From a virus (taxonomy: Duplodnaviria > Caudoviricetes), in IMG/VR virus record IMGVR_UViG_2923084042_000004, positions 8,768 to 72,767 of that record: a stretch of DNA of 64,000 nucleotides; one strand, given 5' to 3'. The translations under genes and the position numbers were made by a program. The notes beneath the pieces were generated by a model that did no database searches, was not told the DNA's origin, and saw nothing but the letters and a program-made list of their open reading frames with translations. Positions 18,605 to 27,464 of this stretch are shown piece after piece. Each line of letters starts with the position of its first letter. The stretch's first letter is position 1.

Positions 18605-20395
18605 CTAACCGTTTAATAGATCGTTAATCGAGATAAATCCGACGCTTCCGCCTTCAACCGGCTTCGTCATGTCGAGATATACCTGCGAATGGGCGTTCAG
18701 GAACGCAGCAAAGCCGTCTATTTTTCGATAGCGCGTCTGTTTGGTCGGCAGCCAGTTTCCGTTACGATCTTCGACCAGCTTGACGTTGTTTAAATACCAC
18801 GTAAAGAGTTTGTTTTCGTTATATACGACTCTTCCGTCGAGCAGTAATTCTTTAACGTTCTTCAACGGATCACTTAGCGTAATGTAACCCTGCCGCACGA
18901 CCTCCGTTTGGAAGCCGTAGTTCTGCAGGTCTTGCACCAACCGCATCGCATTCGCCGGGTCAAACGTGATCTTTTCGATCTGATATTTGCGCGACATTTC
19001 CACGAACCAATCGTAAACGTACTCGTATTCAACGTATTCGCCCGGAATAATCGTCAAATAACCGTCGGCCTCAAACCCACGGTAGTCAATTTTTTCGTTA
19101 TCTTTTTGTACTTTTGCCGCCGGGACCCACGAATGAGACAAAACAAAAACGCGATTATCCGGCAAAATAAATTCCAGACACGCACTCGTAAAGTCTTCCG
19201 TTTGTGATAAGTCGAAGCCGCCAATACATCTCATGCCGCGCAACGATTCCGGATCTACATGTCCGTTATTGCGCTTAATGACTTCGAAGTCGATAAAGCT
19301 TTCCTCGCCGTTGTCAACGAAGATATTGAACCGCTTGACCAGCCAATCGTTGTATTCGCGTGGTACGTGGCGATCCGCGTTAAAGTCTTGGATCATTGAC
19401 GGAATATCCATCGTTACACCGATGTTCGGGTTCGCTTTGATCCACATTTCTGGGTTTTCGACCTCGGATATGTCGTCTAATTCCGCCATAAAGTAGAAAT
19501 TTCGTTCTTGAACGTTGCTTCCGTCAAGAACATCGGAGGCAATTTCGTAATATTCGACTAAGGGACCGTCCAGCTGATAGCCTGCCGTCGTAATGTAAAT
19601 GATTAACGGCTGGGTCCGCGCAGCCCTTGAGTTCTTGATTACGCTTATAAGCTTCGAATCTTTAAATTCGTGAATCTCATCGAAAATACCGAGATGCGTG
19701 TTCAAACCGTCCAACTTTTCGCTATCTGACGCCCGCGCTTCGATTTGACTCATTGACGCGTCGTGATAAATGCCTTTCTGATTCTCGCGAATATGTTTCC
19801 GTAGCTTTGGCGATTTTCTAATCATGGCGCGACTCTCTTCGAAAAGCACGCCCGCTTGCTGCTTCGAGTTGGCTAAAACGTAGGCTCTGGCGCCTGGTTC
19901 ACCGTCTTTTGTTATCGCAAAGTTGGCTAATCCGCTGATTTTCGTTGTTTTTCCGTTCTTACGGCCGACAAATATAAGCCCTTCGCGGAAACGCCGTAGC
20001 CCAGTGTCGCGATGAACCCAACCGTATAGCGATCCAATTACGAAATGCTGCCACGGCTGAAGCGTTAAGTTTGAATACCGACCTTGCGATGGCTTACAAT
20101 ACCGTTCGATAAATTGTATTGGTCGGTGCCCTTTTTCCTCATCAAAGACGTAAGGGAATTCGTCTGTGCCGGCGCGTTCAAGATCGCGAAGGTGACGTTT
20201 GCAAGCGAGAATGTTTTTCTTACTCGCGACTATTTCACCCGACGCTACCTTTTCCGCATACCAAGTCGTTAGCAACTTTTCGGACGGTTTTTCGCGTATA
20301 AATCCGGCTATTTTTTGCGTTTTTAGCCAGTTTTCGTACCATTTTTCGACCTCTGTGGCGTTAGAATTTACTGAAATCGTCGTCATCGTCATCAC
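18605..20395 (-). CDS. terL: Terminase large subunit
   Basis: LQPWQ, Walker A GRKNGKT, Walker B IFDE, coupling motif ITTAG, nuclease GFDLS..D and KIDG. Confidence 0.97.
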   Translation of the reverse strand: MMTMTTISVNSNATEVEKWYENWLKTQKIAGFIREKPSEKLLTTWYAEKVASGEIVASKKNILACKRHLRDLERAGTDEFPYVFDEEKGHRPIQFIERYCKPSQGRYSNLTLQPWQHFVIGSLYGWVHRDTGLRRFREGLIFVGRKNGKTTKISGLANFAITKDGEPGARAYVLANSKQQAGVLFEESRAMIRKSPKLRKHIRENQKGIYHDASMSQIEARASDSEKLDGLNTHLGIFDEIHEFKDSKLISVIKNSRAARTQPLIIYITTAGYQLDGPLVEYYEIASDVLDGSNVQERNFYFMAELDDISEVENPEMWIKANPNIGVTMDIPSMIQDFNADRHVPREYNDWLVKRFNIFVDNGEESFIDFEVIKRNNGHVDPESLRGMRCIGGFDLSQTEDFTSACLEFILPDNRVFVLSHSWVPAAKVQKDNEKIDYRGFEADGYLTIIPGEYVEYEYVYDWFVEMSRKYQIEKITFDPANAMRLVQDLQNYGFQTEVVRQGYITLSDPLKNVKELLLDGRVVYNENKLFTWYLNNVKLVEDRNGNWLPTKQTRYRKIDGFAAFLNAHSQVYLDMTKPVEGGSVGFISINDLLNG

Positions 20396-20684
20396 CGCCC
20401 GCGTTTAATTCCTTGCGTTGTGCCGGCGTTAGATCGAGCGACTTCAGAAGGTTATTTAACGTTGTAACCGTCTTCGTAAGCTCAATCGCTAACGGATTTT
20501 TGACGAGGTTTTCCGCGCCTGCCTTGTTCGTATGCCGCATCATTAAAGGGTTTTCCGCCACTTCCTTTTTTAATCGGCGGTAGAACTTATGCGTATCGAT
20601 ATAAAGTTCGATAAGCTCTTCGTCCGATTCCGTATACCTGTCGCCAAGATATTCGCGCAGCCTTTTCGCAGTGGGTACCGCCAT
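20361..20684 (-). CDS. terS: Terminase small subunit (P27 family)
   Basis: VKNP..LLKSLDLTP..R motif; upstream of terL. Confidence 0.9.
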   Translation of the reverse strand: MAVPTAKRLREYLGDRYTESDEELIELYIDTHKFYRRLKKEVAENPLMMRHTNKAGAENLVKNPLAIELTKTVTTLNNLLKSLDLTPAQRKELNAGGDDDDDDFSKF

Positions 20685-20699
20685 ATGATCGCTCCTTTC

Positions 20700-20805
20700 A
20701 TCCGGGGATTTACCCCCTTTAATGTAAAATTTCCGGTCGCGCTACAAGCGAAGGGGCCCCGCCGGTCCCTACGTTTTTGCCTTCGAAATCCCAAGGTACG
20801 GGGGG
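20700..20805. other. Probable cos packaging site region
   Basis: GC-rich non-coding gap between HNH and terS (minus strand GGGACCGGCGGGGCCCCTTCGC), the usual cos location in HK97/phi105-type phages; exact overhang not determinable. Confidence 0.55.
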
Positions 20806-21147
20806 CTATAGCTCCGGATTAGCCTGCGCCTTCACCACGTTTATTCTGCGCTTCTTAGCCGTTTTCGCAGCCGATCCAGCGCCTTTTTCCGAGTGCCTTC
20901 GGTTGTGGCACGGATTGCACAAACTTACGAGATTTTCGAGCGTTAGCGCTAATTCCGGATGATCTCGTAATTCTTTGATATGATGAACCGTCTGAGCCTT
21001 CGTTATCTTACGTTCTTTGAGACAGTCTTGGCATACGTTGTGGTCGCGCGTAAGAGCCAACGCTCTGCATTCCGTCCATGCCTTCGACTTATAGAACGCT
21101 CGCGCTTCGGGATCGCGTTTATGTTTGTCGTAGTAGTTATGCGCCAT
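20806..21147 (-). CDS. Packaging-associated HNH endonuclease (HK97 gp74-like)
   Basis: FYKSKAW..R..L.RD..CQDC..VHHI..NLVSLC..CHN..H. Confidence 0.93.
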   Translation of the reverse strand: MAHNYYDKHKRDPEARAFYKSKAWTECRALALTRDHNVCQDCLKERKITKAQTVHHIKELRDHPELALTLENLVSLCNPCHNRRHSEKGAGSAAKTAKKRRINVVKAQANPEL

Positions 21148-21148
21148 G

Positions 21149-21331
21149 CTATAGATCAGCTCGCAACGTAAAGTCTCGGTATGTTCCCGTTACTTCCGTA
21201 TCTGTCCTACGCACATACAGATCATAAGTACCGTCTAGCTCCTTCGTAACTACACACCGGTCTACATCGCCGTCTAGTATCTCGTCTAATACCCCGCGTA
21301 TATTTGCCTTCTGCTCATCTGATAGATACAT
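21149..21331 (-). CDS. Hypothetical protein
   Basis: 60 aa ORF with GGAGG SD, coupled to its neighbours. Confidence 0.6.
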   Translation of the reverse strand: MYLSDEQKANIRGVLDEILDGDVDRCVVTKELDGTYDLYVRRTDTEVTGTYRDFTLRADL

Positions 21332-21333
21332 CG

Positions 21334-21642
21334 CTATCCCTCCGTTTCCTTACGTTTATAATGTAATTCGAATGCTCCATCGCCACTCTTCGTGAAGATA
21401 AGCTGGATTGCCTCATCGTTTATTAGAGCGGATACGTACCTTTTAATGAATTCTCGTTCTCCTTCCGTAGTGAATCCCGGAAGCTTCACCTTTCCGTAGT
21501 CCTCGTACGCCGAGACAGCTAGTGTAATAGGTTCTGTATATCCGGGATAAGCCCTAATATATGCAGGCGTTATATCGTAGTTGCGATTATATAAATACCT
21601 AACGGAATCGAGCGCATTATTGATCGGGTTATCCAACGTCAT
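21334..21642 (-). CDS. Hypothetical protein
   Basis: 102 aa ORF with GGAGG SD. Confidence 0.6.
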   Translation of the reverse strand: MTLDNPINNALDSVRYLYNRNYDITPAYIRAYPGYTEPITLAVSAYEDYGKVKLPGFTTEGEREFIKRYVSALINDEAIQLIFTKSGDGAFELHYKRKETEG

Positions 21643-21667
21643 CCTCCGTTCTAATAGATATAAAACC

Positions 21668-21876
21668 TAGCGCCCATTCCGGTCGCTTACGCTCCCTACA
21701 TGTACGCAGATATTAATACCTTGATCGCGATTAGTAATAATAGTGGATTGCAAGATCCACAAGATAAAGAGAAGAAATCAACCGAAAACAGGCGCCATCC
21801 TTACAGCGCCAAGGCTTCGATCCACTTTCGATTGGTGCAGTTTTCGCCTTATATTCGGGCTTATTGGTGCAGTTTT
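21668..21876 (-). repeat. Origin-like element A (conserved core plus direct repeats)
   Basis: Two copies of ATTGGTGCAGTTTT (21831, 21863); core CTAATCGCGATCAAGG..ATTAATATCTGCGT..GAGCGTAAGCGA..GGCGCTA shared with 25700-25792. Confidence 0.6.
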
Positions 21877-21882
21877 GACCGC

Positions 21883-22707
21883 CTATTTACGATCGGCCCG
21901 ATGCTGCGCGAACATCTTCCGCACTGATTGCGTCCAGTCTGTCTCGATAGTCTGACGGAACATCACATCCGGATGCACTAAGTACCGAACCGTCCGCCCA
22001 CTCTTCGTACTCAGGATCGCGCCCTTACGTTGCAGCTTCGCAATAGATGCCGTAACTGTATCGCGGTCATGTCCGATCTCCTTTGCGAGTTGGTCGCGTC
22101 CAAGGTGTTCGATTACTTCCGGATTCTCTTCGTCCGGATTAGCGCAAAGGTAGTATTCGCTAAAGTGAAAGAACGGTAGTATCTTATAGAGCAGCCCGAT
22201 CTCGCTAAGTCCGAGGTCTGCGATAATCTCGTTCGTCTTTACCTGATATAGCTTCGTAAAGCTTGCGCCTTCTTTCGTATCGCCCATCGTATGGAACTCG
22301 GCGCTAATGTAATACTCGTTGCTTCTGCCGCGTTGCACGACTTTAATAATGCCGAGCGCTTCCAGCCGTCCGAGTATCGTATTAGTTGCCCGCCTCGACT
22401 TGCCGATAATGCGTTGTATGTCCGCTTGCTTTAACGGCTTGCCACCGTTGATGAGTTGGCCGTCGCTCTTGAAACGCAAATAAGGCAGCAGCTTAACGAT
22501 AGCCCCCGCCTCAATTAACGATAGATCTTTGATGACTGCGCGTATTGGATCGTGATAGCTCGCGACCCAGCGCTTTGTATTAGTCGACTTATAACGTTCT
22601 TGCTCGAGCTTCTTACGATAGGCTTCGTCTTGTTTGCGGCTCCTTAGCGAATACAGATGCGTAAGGTCCTCACCCGTCTCAACGTCAATCAACCGTTTGT
22701 CTCCCAA
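21883..22707 (-). CDS. Tandem winged-helix, RepL-like DNA-binding/replication protein
   Basis: Two wHTH-like repeats (LKQADIQRIIGKSRR..L..LE..GII; LGRDQLAKEIG..TV...I..L...G.I) ending in YLVHPD. Confidence 0.6.
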   Translation of the reverse strand: MGDKRLIDVETGEDLTHLYSLRSRKQDEAYRKKLEQERYKSTNTKRWVASYHDPIRAVIKDLSLIEAGAIVKLLPYLRFKSDGQLINGGKPLKQADIQRIIGKSRRATNTILGRLEALGIIKVVQRGRSNEYYISAEFHTMGDTKEGASFTKLYQVKTNEIIADLGLSEIGLLYKILPFFHFSEYYLCANPDEENPEVIEHLGRDQLAKEIGHDRDTVTASIAKLQRKGAILSTKSGRTVRYLVHPDVMFRQTIETDWTQSVRKMFAQHRADRK

Positions 22708-22895
22708 TTCCGTTATCCCCTCCCGAATAAATACGAAAAGGCTGGCCGGAACATACCCGACCTTGCCTCAGCCCTTTCGGAATTAATCGGTTGGGCTATC
22801 GTTGAGACCTATCGTTACTATCTCCGTAGAAACTGGACATTGACCGCCCTCTTCATCGATAAGAAAAAACTTTACGACGTCCGTATTTGTACTAA

Positions 22896-23063
22896 TCACT
22901 CTGCGCCCCACTCCTTCCGAATCAATCGCTCGGCTTCTTCGAAAGAAAGGTCGGCGTCATTCGGAAACTCAAACACGGCTTGTGCGCGATTACCGGATTC
23001 AAATTCGATAGTGGCTTCGACTTTTGTTCCTATACGCTCCATCTGATTAACGTTTATGTTCAT
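22896..23063 (-). CDS. Small hypothetical protein (55 aa)
   Basis: Read manually: MNINVNQMERIGTKVEATIEFESG..; ATGA overlap with the upstream gene; SD GGGAGG. Confidence 0.6.
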   Translation of the reverse strand: MNINVNQMERIGTKVEATIEFESGNRAQAVFEFPNDADLSFEEAERLIRKEWGAE

Positions 23064-23944
23064 CGACGCCCTCCCTTTCCGGAAGCTTTACCGATTTCCT
23101 TTCCGTCCAGATAAACCGTAGGCTCCGTGATAGGTACGACCTTCTCTCCTTCGTCTAACCATACGAGCTTCTTTCCGTCTACCCTTTCGCCGGCGATATA
23201 GCCTTTGTACGGACCCTTCGCCTGTTCCTCTCGCAATTCAGCCAACGCCTGCGTCGCCGCCTTTGCTTCGCGCTGTAACGCTTTTAGTCCGGTTATGGCT
23301 TCGGATACCTCTACGTTTACATTTACGTTGATCTCTCCAGCCGGCGTTGATTCCGGAGCAGTAGCGCAATAATGAGCGTTTACTAACGCGTTGATACCGG
23401 CAGTGCTCTCGCTTAATCTTCGTCTTCGTGTGCCGCGCAAATTCTCTAAACTAGGCTCCCGCATAATCTTAGAGTTTTTGATATACGTCTCAAACAACGT
23501 ACCGGAGTAAGATATTTTCGGCATTAATTCGCTCAATGAATAAAGCGTCGGTTCTACGTTACTTCTCGACTGAGTAATCGAGACTGTTTCGAAGCCCTCT
23601 TTCTCCAACTCCCGTGCGATGAATGCGCAACTGTAAGGATCGTATCCAATCGTTTTAATGTCGTAATTTTTACGGATGTCAACAAACCACTCAACGATCG
23701 GCTCCCAACTGACGAGATCTTTTTCGACCATATCGAGCTGTCCGTCCTCCATATAAGATCTTCGCGCAGGATCTCCTAAGCTTTCTAGGATCGCCTTATT
23801 TGTCGCCCAAGAACGCGATAATACCTCGATAGTTCCGTCTGACTTAAATAATTCGACTACCGCAACGGTAAAGTCGCCTTGACCGTTATACTCCAGACCT
23901 CCGACTGCTTTATCGATTTTCTCTTTGATACGCGTTTCCGCCAT
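23060..23944 (-). CDS. Stand-alone, degenerate terminase large-subunit nuclease domain fused to a coiled-coil tail
   Basis: Collinear with TerL residues ~390-575: VGGLEYNGQGDFT/IGGFDLSQTEDFT, VLSRSW/VLSHSW, IVEWF/VYDWF, IGYDP/ITFDP, GFET..ITQ/GFQT..VRQ, GINALVNAH/GFAAFLNAH. Confidence 0.8.
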   Translation of the reverse strand: MAETRIKEKIDKAVGGLEYNGQGDFTVAVVELFKSDGTIEVLSRSWATNKAILESLGDPARRSYMEDGQLDMVEKDLVSWEPIVEWFVDIRKNYDIKTIGYDPYSCAFIARELEKEGFETVSITQSRSNVEPTLYSLSELMPKISYSGTLFETYIKNSKIMREPSLENLRGTRRRRLSESTAGINALVNAHYCATAPESTPAGEINVNVNVEVSEAITGLKALQREAKAATQALAELREEQAKGPYKGYIAGERVDGKKLVWLDEGEKVVPITEPTVYLDGKEIGKASGKGGRR

Positions 23945-24033
23945 TCACATCGTCTCCTTTTCGTTTCTTATTCGCTCGCGTACCGGAAGGCTCGGAAGCC
24001 TATTCCGGTCGGCCCGTAGGCTAACGCAAGCAC

Positions 24034-24065
24034 AAAAAGACCCCCGCCGTGGTGGCGGAAGCCTC
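24034..24065 (-). terminator. Intrinsic terminator closing the putative ncRNA
   Basis: GAGGCTTCCGCC-ACCAC-GGCGGGGGTCTT followed by TTT. Confidence 0.75.
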
Positions 24066-24377
24066 GTTCTGATTGCGTTTGGTAGCCGACTGCCTTATAT
24101 CTATCCGCAGTCAAGACGGGTATAGCGTCCCTAAGACGAGGGAATGCGAAGCTACCTATCGCAGATATACGCGACAATATTACACGCTTTCCGGTACGTA
24201 TTTAACGTCCCCACCGGCGGAGAATCCGACGTCGCTATCGGATATGCGGACGAGGATTTGCACCTCGCATACTGGTTATTCCGGGCCGTGTGTGCTTCGT
24301 ATACCAGCAAAGGCAGGAGTCTTTCACTCTCTCGATGCACCCGCGAATTTGCGTCTACCTATTCCGCCACCGCATCC
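24034..24377 (-). ncRNA. Putative structured non-coding RNA with a 5' tRNA-like domain (24240-24377)
   Basis: Leu/Ser-type D arm TGGCGGAATAGGTAGACGC; T arm CGAGG-TGCAAAT-CCTCG; acceptor-like ATGCGG/CCGCAT; further helices downstream; no ORF with an RBS. Confidence 0.6.
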
Positions 24378-24469
24378 GTGATTGAATCGCATTATATATG
24401 CGTGATTTGCCCGTATATTAACGAGCGAAGTAAATACCCTCCGAATGGATTAAAACGGCTGTGGCGCGC

Positions 24470-24634
24470 TTATTTCGCTTTTCTAACGTTAACGATTTCG
24501 CAAATGTATATGTCCGTTTCGTCCCAGTAATCGTCTTTTTCGCGCTCATTAAGATCCGCGAGCGCTTCCTCGTAGGTGGCGTATGAGCACAGCGCCGGAT
24601 CGATAATAGAATCGCTAAATACTACGTACTTCAC
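24470..24634 (-). CDS. Small acidic hypothetical protein (54 aa)
   Basis: Read manually: MKYVVFSDSIIDPALCSYATYEEALADL..; GTGA overlap with the upstream ORF. Confidence 0.5.
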   Translation of the reverse strand: MKYVVFSDSIIDPALCSYATYEEALADLNEREKDDYWDETDIYICEIVNVRKAK

Positions 24635-24807
24635 TCGCGAATGCCATTCGGTTGAAAATAACGGAATTCTATCTGCACCACTACTTCGTTGTATTCGTCT
24701 TTATTGCAAGTTATACATAGGCTACTATTACGTTCGAGGAGCTCATCGAATTTCTTCCGTAGAAAATCTTTTTGATCCTCCGGCATTTCTCTGGTTTGTA
24801 TATACAC
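24631..24807 (-). CDS. Small hypothetical protein (58 aa)
   Basis: Read manually: MYIQTREMPEDQKDFLRKKFDELL..; SD GGAGGTG. Confidence 0.55.
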   Translation of the reverse strand: MYIQTREMPEDQKDFLRKKFDELLERNSSLCITCNKDEYNEVVVQIEFRYFQPNGIRE

Positions 24808-24940
24808 GCGAACACCTCCGTTTGATATACCGCCGCAATATGTATTAAAAGGACGCCAAGTTGCGGCTAGTGCCCGTTGTTATTCCGTAGGGGTGGCGTC
24901 CTTTACCGTACATACTGCGTGTTGTACGGTTGTTAAATAA

Positions 24941-25525
24941 TTAAAGGCCTCTTCGTATCATGAGGCCCCGTTTCTTAGCGTATTGCTTTTTCAGTTCGTC
25001 TTTGAGTTCTTCTATCCTCCGATTTATATAAAGAACCTCACCGAGCTGCACTTCGTTTAATGGTTCGCAGTCAGCCGCAACCTTGTAATCGGTGATAAAA
25101 TCGGTCTCTGCTGCTTCGCCATATGTCTCGGCAAGTTCCTCCTGTAATTCGTGTATTTCAGCGATTAAGTCCTCCGCACGAACCTCGATTTCTAAAAGCG
25201 CTTCTTCAACTTCTTTGCGTCTATGGTACATTTTCGCTTTGTTGTATAACGGGTCGAACTGGCGAATCATTTCCGTTTCATAAATATCGCGTTCATAATC
25301 GTTATCCACTTCGTAAAGTCTTACGTAACTAGCGAGATAATAAAATTCGCTGTTGCGTGAATGGTCAATGAACCTACGTTTGAAACTAACGGTTTTCCCT
25401 ACGTAGAGTGGCGTGTCATCTGCGTCAAAGAATACGTAAACACCTGCGCGATCATAATCTTTCTTGTTCTTTATTTCTCTGGGTCTAGCAGTCTTATAAT
25501 TCTCAGGAATAGTAATTTGGATCAT
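24941..25525 (-). CDS. GIY-YIG nuclease-domain protein with C-terminal coiled coil
   Basis: AGVYVF..LYVGKT..KRRF..H..YE..MI..FDPLYN (UvrC N-terminal type). Confidence 0.85.
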   Translation of the reverse strand: MIQITIPENYKTARPREIKNKKDYDRAGVYVFFDADDTPLYVGKTVSFKRRFIDHSRNSEFYYLASYVRLYEVDNDYERDIYETEMIRQFDPLYNKAKMYHRRKEVEEALLEIEVRAEDLIAEIHELQEELAETYGEAAETDFITDYKVAADCEPLNEVQLGEVLYINRRIEELKDELKKQYAKKRGLMIRRGL

Positions 25526-25665
25526 ACGGTGCCCTCCTCGTTATTGATAGAGGTTGTTCGGAGCTTACCCGAATCTGTCATGATCCTCCACCGGGTTTCA
25601 TAACGTAAGACAGCATATTGGGCACTTTAACAAGTATTTTTCAAATAAAAAACCAAATTATTTTC

Positions 25666-25904
25666 ATCCAGTAAAAATCACCGGACAACGTAATTTGGCT
25701 TCTCTTTGTATTATTAAATTCTAATCGCGATCAAGGCACTAAGTAATTAATATCTGCGTCCGCTAATGAGCGTTAGCGAATAGTGGCGCTATTATTTAAG
25801 TAAGTCTTTATAAGTAAGTATATATAGTAAGTCTTTATACGCAGTGAAAATCACTGGAACGTCCAGTAAAAATCGCTGTATGATCCAGTGAAAATCACCG
25901 GACA
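25666..25904. repeat. Origin-like element B with iterons at 22-bp spacing
   Basis: CAGT(A/G)AAAATC(A/G)C(C/T)G at 25669, 25842, 25864 and 25886; AT-rich AGTAAGTCTTTATA repeats; conserved core shared with elements A and C. Confidence 0.7.
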
Positions 25905-25911
25905 AATCAAC

Positions 25912-26847
25912 CTATGACCGCATCGACAGTATTTTCCCCGCCAAGAACGCCTTCCGCTTTAGCATCGCCAGGTACAACCGACGCGCCAAACTTTCCTCGT
26001 GCTGCAACGTTATCTCTACCGCCTTCCCTACGTTCGGATGCTCGACTATACGTTCAATCAGCGCTAACTTTTCGCGCATCCCTTTATCGCAGCCCGGCTT
26101 GAATTCGTTCTGTATACATCCGTTTACCGCGATATAACACTTCCGTCGCGCCAGATCCACCGCAACCTTCTCGTCGTACAAACCCCACCGTTTCGCGTAC
26201 GTTTCTAGCGTATTGCCGTTTATGTAAGAATCGAATAGCTGCGGGTTGTATTTGCGCATCAAGCTCTCGTCGTTAATCTGCCGGTAATGATACAACGCTT
26301 TATCGATATAATAAGCCGTCTTAAACAGCCAATCTTCGCCGAGATACTTGCCGTCAGGGAACGCTAGATCATACGTTTCTAGCCGGCGTATAGAAAATCC
26401 GTCAGTATCTCCGCCTTGATCGCGTCACGGTCCAACGGCGTATTTGCTTTTGCGCTATAGCTTTTCGATGCATCTTCGTATTCCCAACGCATGTCTGTAA
26501 ATACAATATCGGCGTTATTTTCAAGCGCAGCTTCGTACATTGTCGCGTAAGTTTCCCGATCGACCCAAAAACGCCATGTACTCACCCTTCGCCTGCTTTA
26601 GTGCGTTATTTCGCGCCGTGGCCGGACCTTGATTTGCTTGGTAGATCGGCTTAACGCGTTCGTCGGTGGCTTCGTAGTACCTCAAAATAGTACGTGTTGA
26701 ATCGGTTGAACCGTCGTCTACGATCAAAACTTCGATATTCTTCAACGTCTGTCCGAGCACACTATCTAAACAGTCGCGCAGGTATTTCTCGCCATTGTAT
26801 ACCGGTATAATAACGCTCACTTTGACTTTCGGTCTCATTTCGTCCAC
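25912..26847 (-). pseudogene. Family 2 glycosyltransferase pseudogene in three frames
   Basis: VSVIIPVYNGEKYL..CLDSVLGQT..VDDGSTD..ARN..GEY; frameshift where D-x-D should be; later GEDWLF and LYHYRQ motifs in other frames. Confidence 0.85.
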
Positions 26848-26935
26848 CCTTTCGGTTCGGGAATTCCCGAACTCATATCGATAGGATAATTATACCAACG
26901 CCCTGCCGAATTTCAAGACGAAAAAAAGACGCCGA

Positions 26936-27166
26936 TTATTCAGCGTCCTCTTCCGTTTCTTTTACTTCGAATAATTCTTCATATTTGGCTCCGGTTGCTT
27001 TCATTATCGATGCGACATGCCAATCGTAATGCCTTTCGGAATTATCGAACCGAGAAATCGACGATTGAGATACGCCGGATCTCCGAGATAATTCGGATTG
27101 GGACCACCCTAATTTCGAAAGAACCGCGCCAAGACGAGGTTTTACCGTAAGTTTCATTTCGATCAC
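26936..27166 (-). CDS. XRE-family HTH regulator
   Basis: WSQSELSRRSGVSQSSISRF; own TTGCGG-17-TATAAT promoter (27176-27204, minus strand). Confidence 0.88.
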   Translation of the reverse strand: MIEMKLTVKPRLGAVLSKLGWSQSELSRRSGVSQSSISRFDNSERHYDWHVASIMKATGAKYEELFEVKETEEDAE

Positions 27167-27210
27167 CTCGCGTTAATTATACGCCAGAGAATATTTTTCC
27201 GCAATTACTA

Positions 27211-27239
27211 TTGACGTAGTCTATGCGCTAGCGCATAAT
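27211..27239 (+). promoter_or_regulatory. SigA-type promoter with overlapping palindromic operator
   Basis: TTGACG-17-CATAAT; perfect palindrome TATGCGCTAGCGCATA at 27222-27237. Confidence 0.75.
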
Positions 27240-27267
27240 AGAATTATAGAAAGGAGGGAAAAACGAA

Positions 27268-27369
27268 TTGAACGCGGAAACGGTACTAATAACTTCGTCA
27301 TTGCGCTAACGAATTTGGCAACCGCCTGCGTTAACGCAAAAAAAAACGCTAATCGCAAAAACGACTAGC
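27268..27369 (+). pseudogene. Frameshifted small hydrophobic peptide (type I toxin-like)
   Basis: Strong SD AAGGAGG + TTG MNAETVLI; continuation NFVIALTNLATACVNAKKNANRKND lies in another frame. Confidence 0.4.
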
Positions 27370-27464
27370 GCCAGAAACGTTGATACGGGGATAGATGTGA
27401 GAGTCCTCCCCGTGTCTCCTATAGTACCGTATCAAAAACGAAAACACAAGGAGGCGAGCGCGCC

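Noticed and set aside
24190-24235. Possible pistol ribozyme or tmRNA 5' end (GGGGACGTTA)
   Set aside because: No convincing P2/P3 or G-U cleavage junction for pistol; no GATTCGAC, tag ORF or tRNA-like 3' end for tmRNA. Kept only as an unnamed pseudoknot.
24240-24377. Functional tRNA-Leu/Ser gene
   Set aside because: No anticodon loop, TGC in the T loop, first base pair mismatched, no CCA.
25666-25904. CRISPR-like array
   Set aside because: Repeats are ~16 bp at a 22-bp period with no unique 30-40 bp spacers and no cas genes; they fit iterons.
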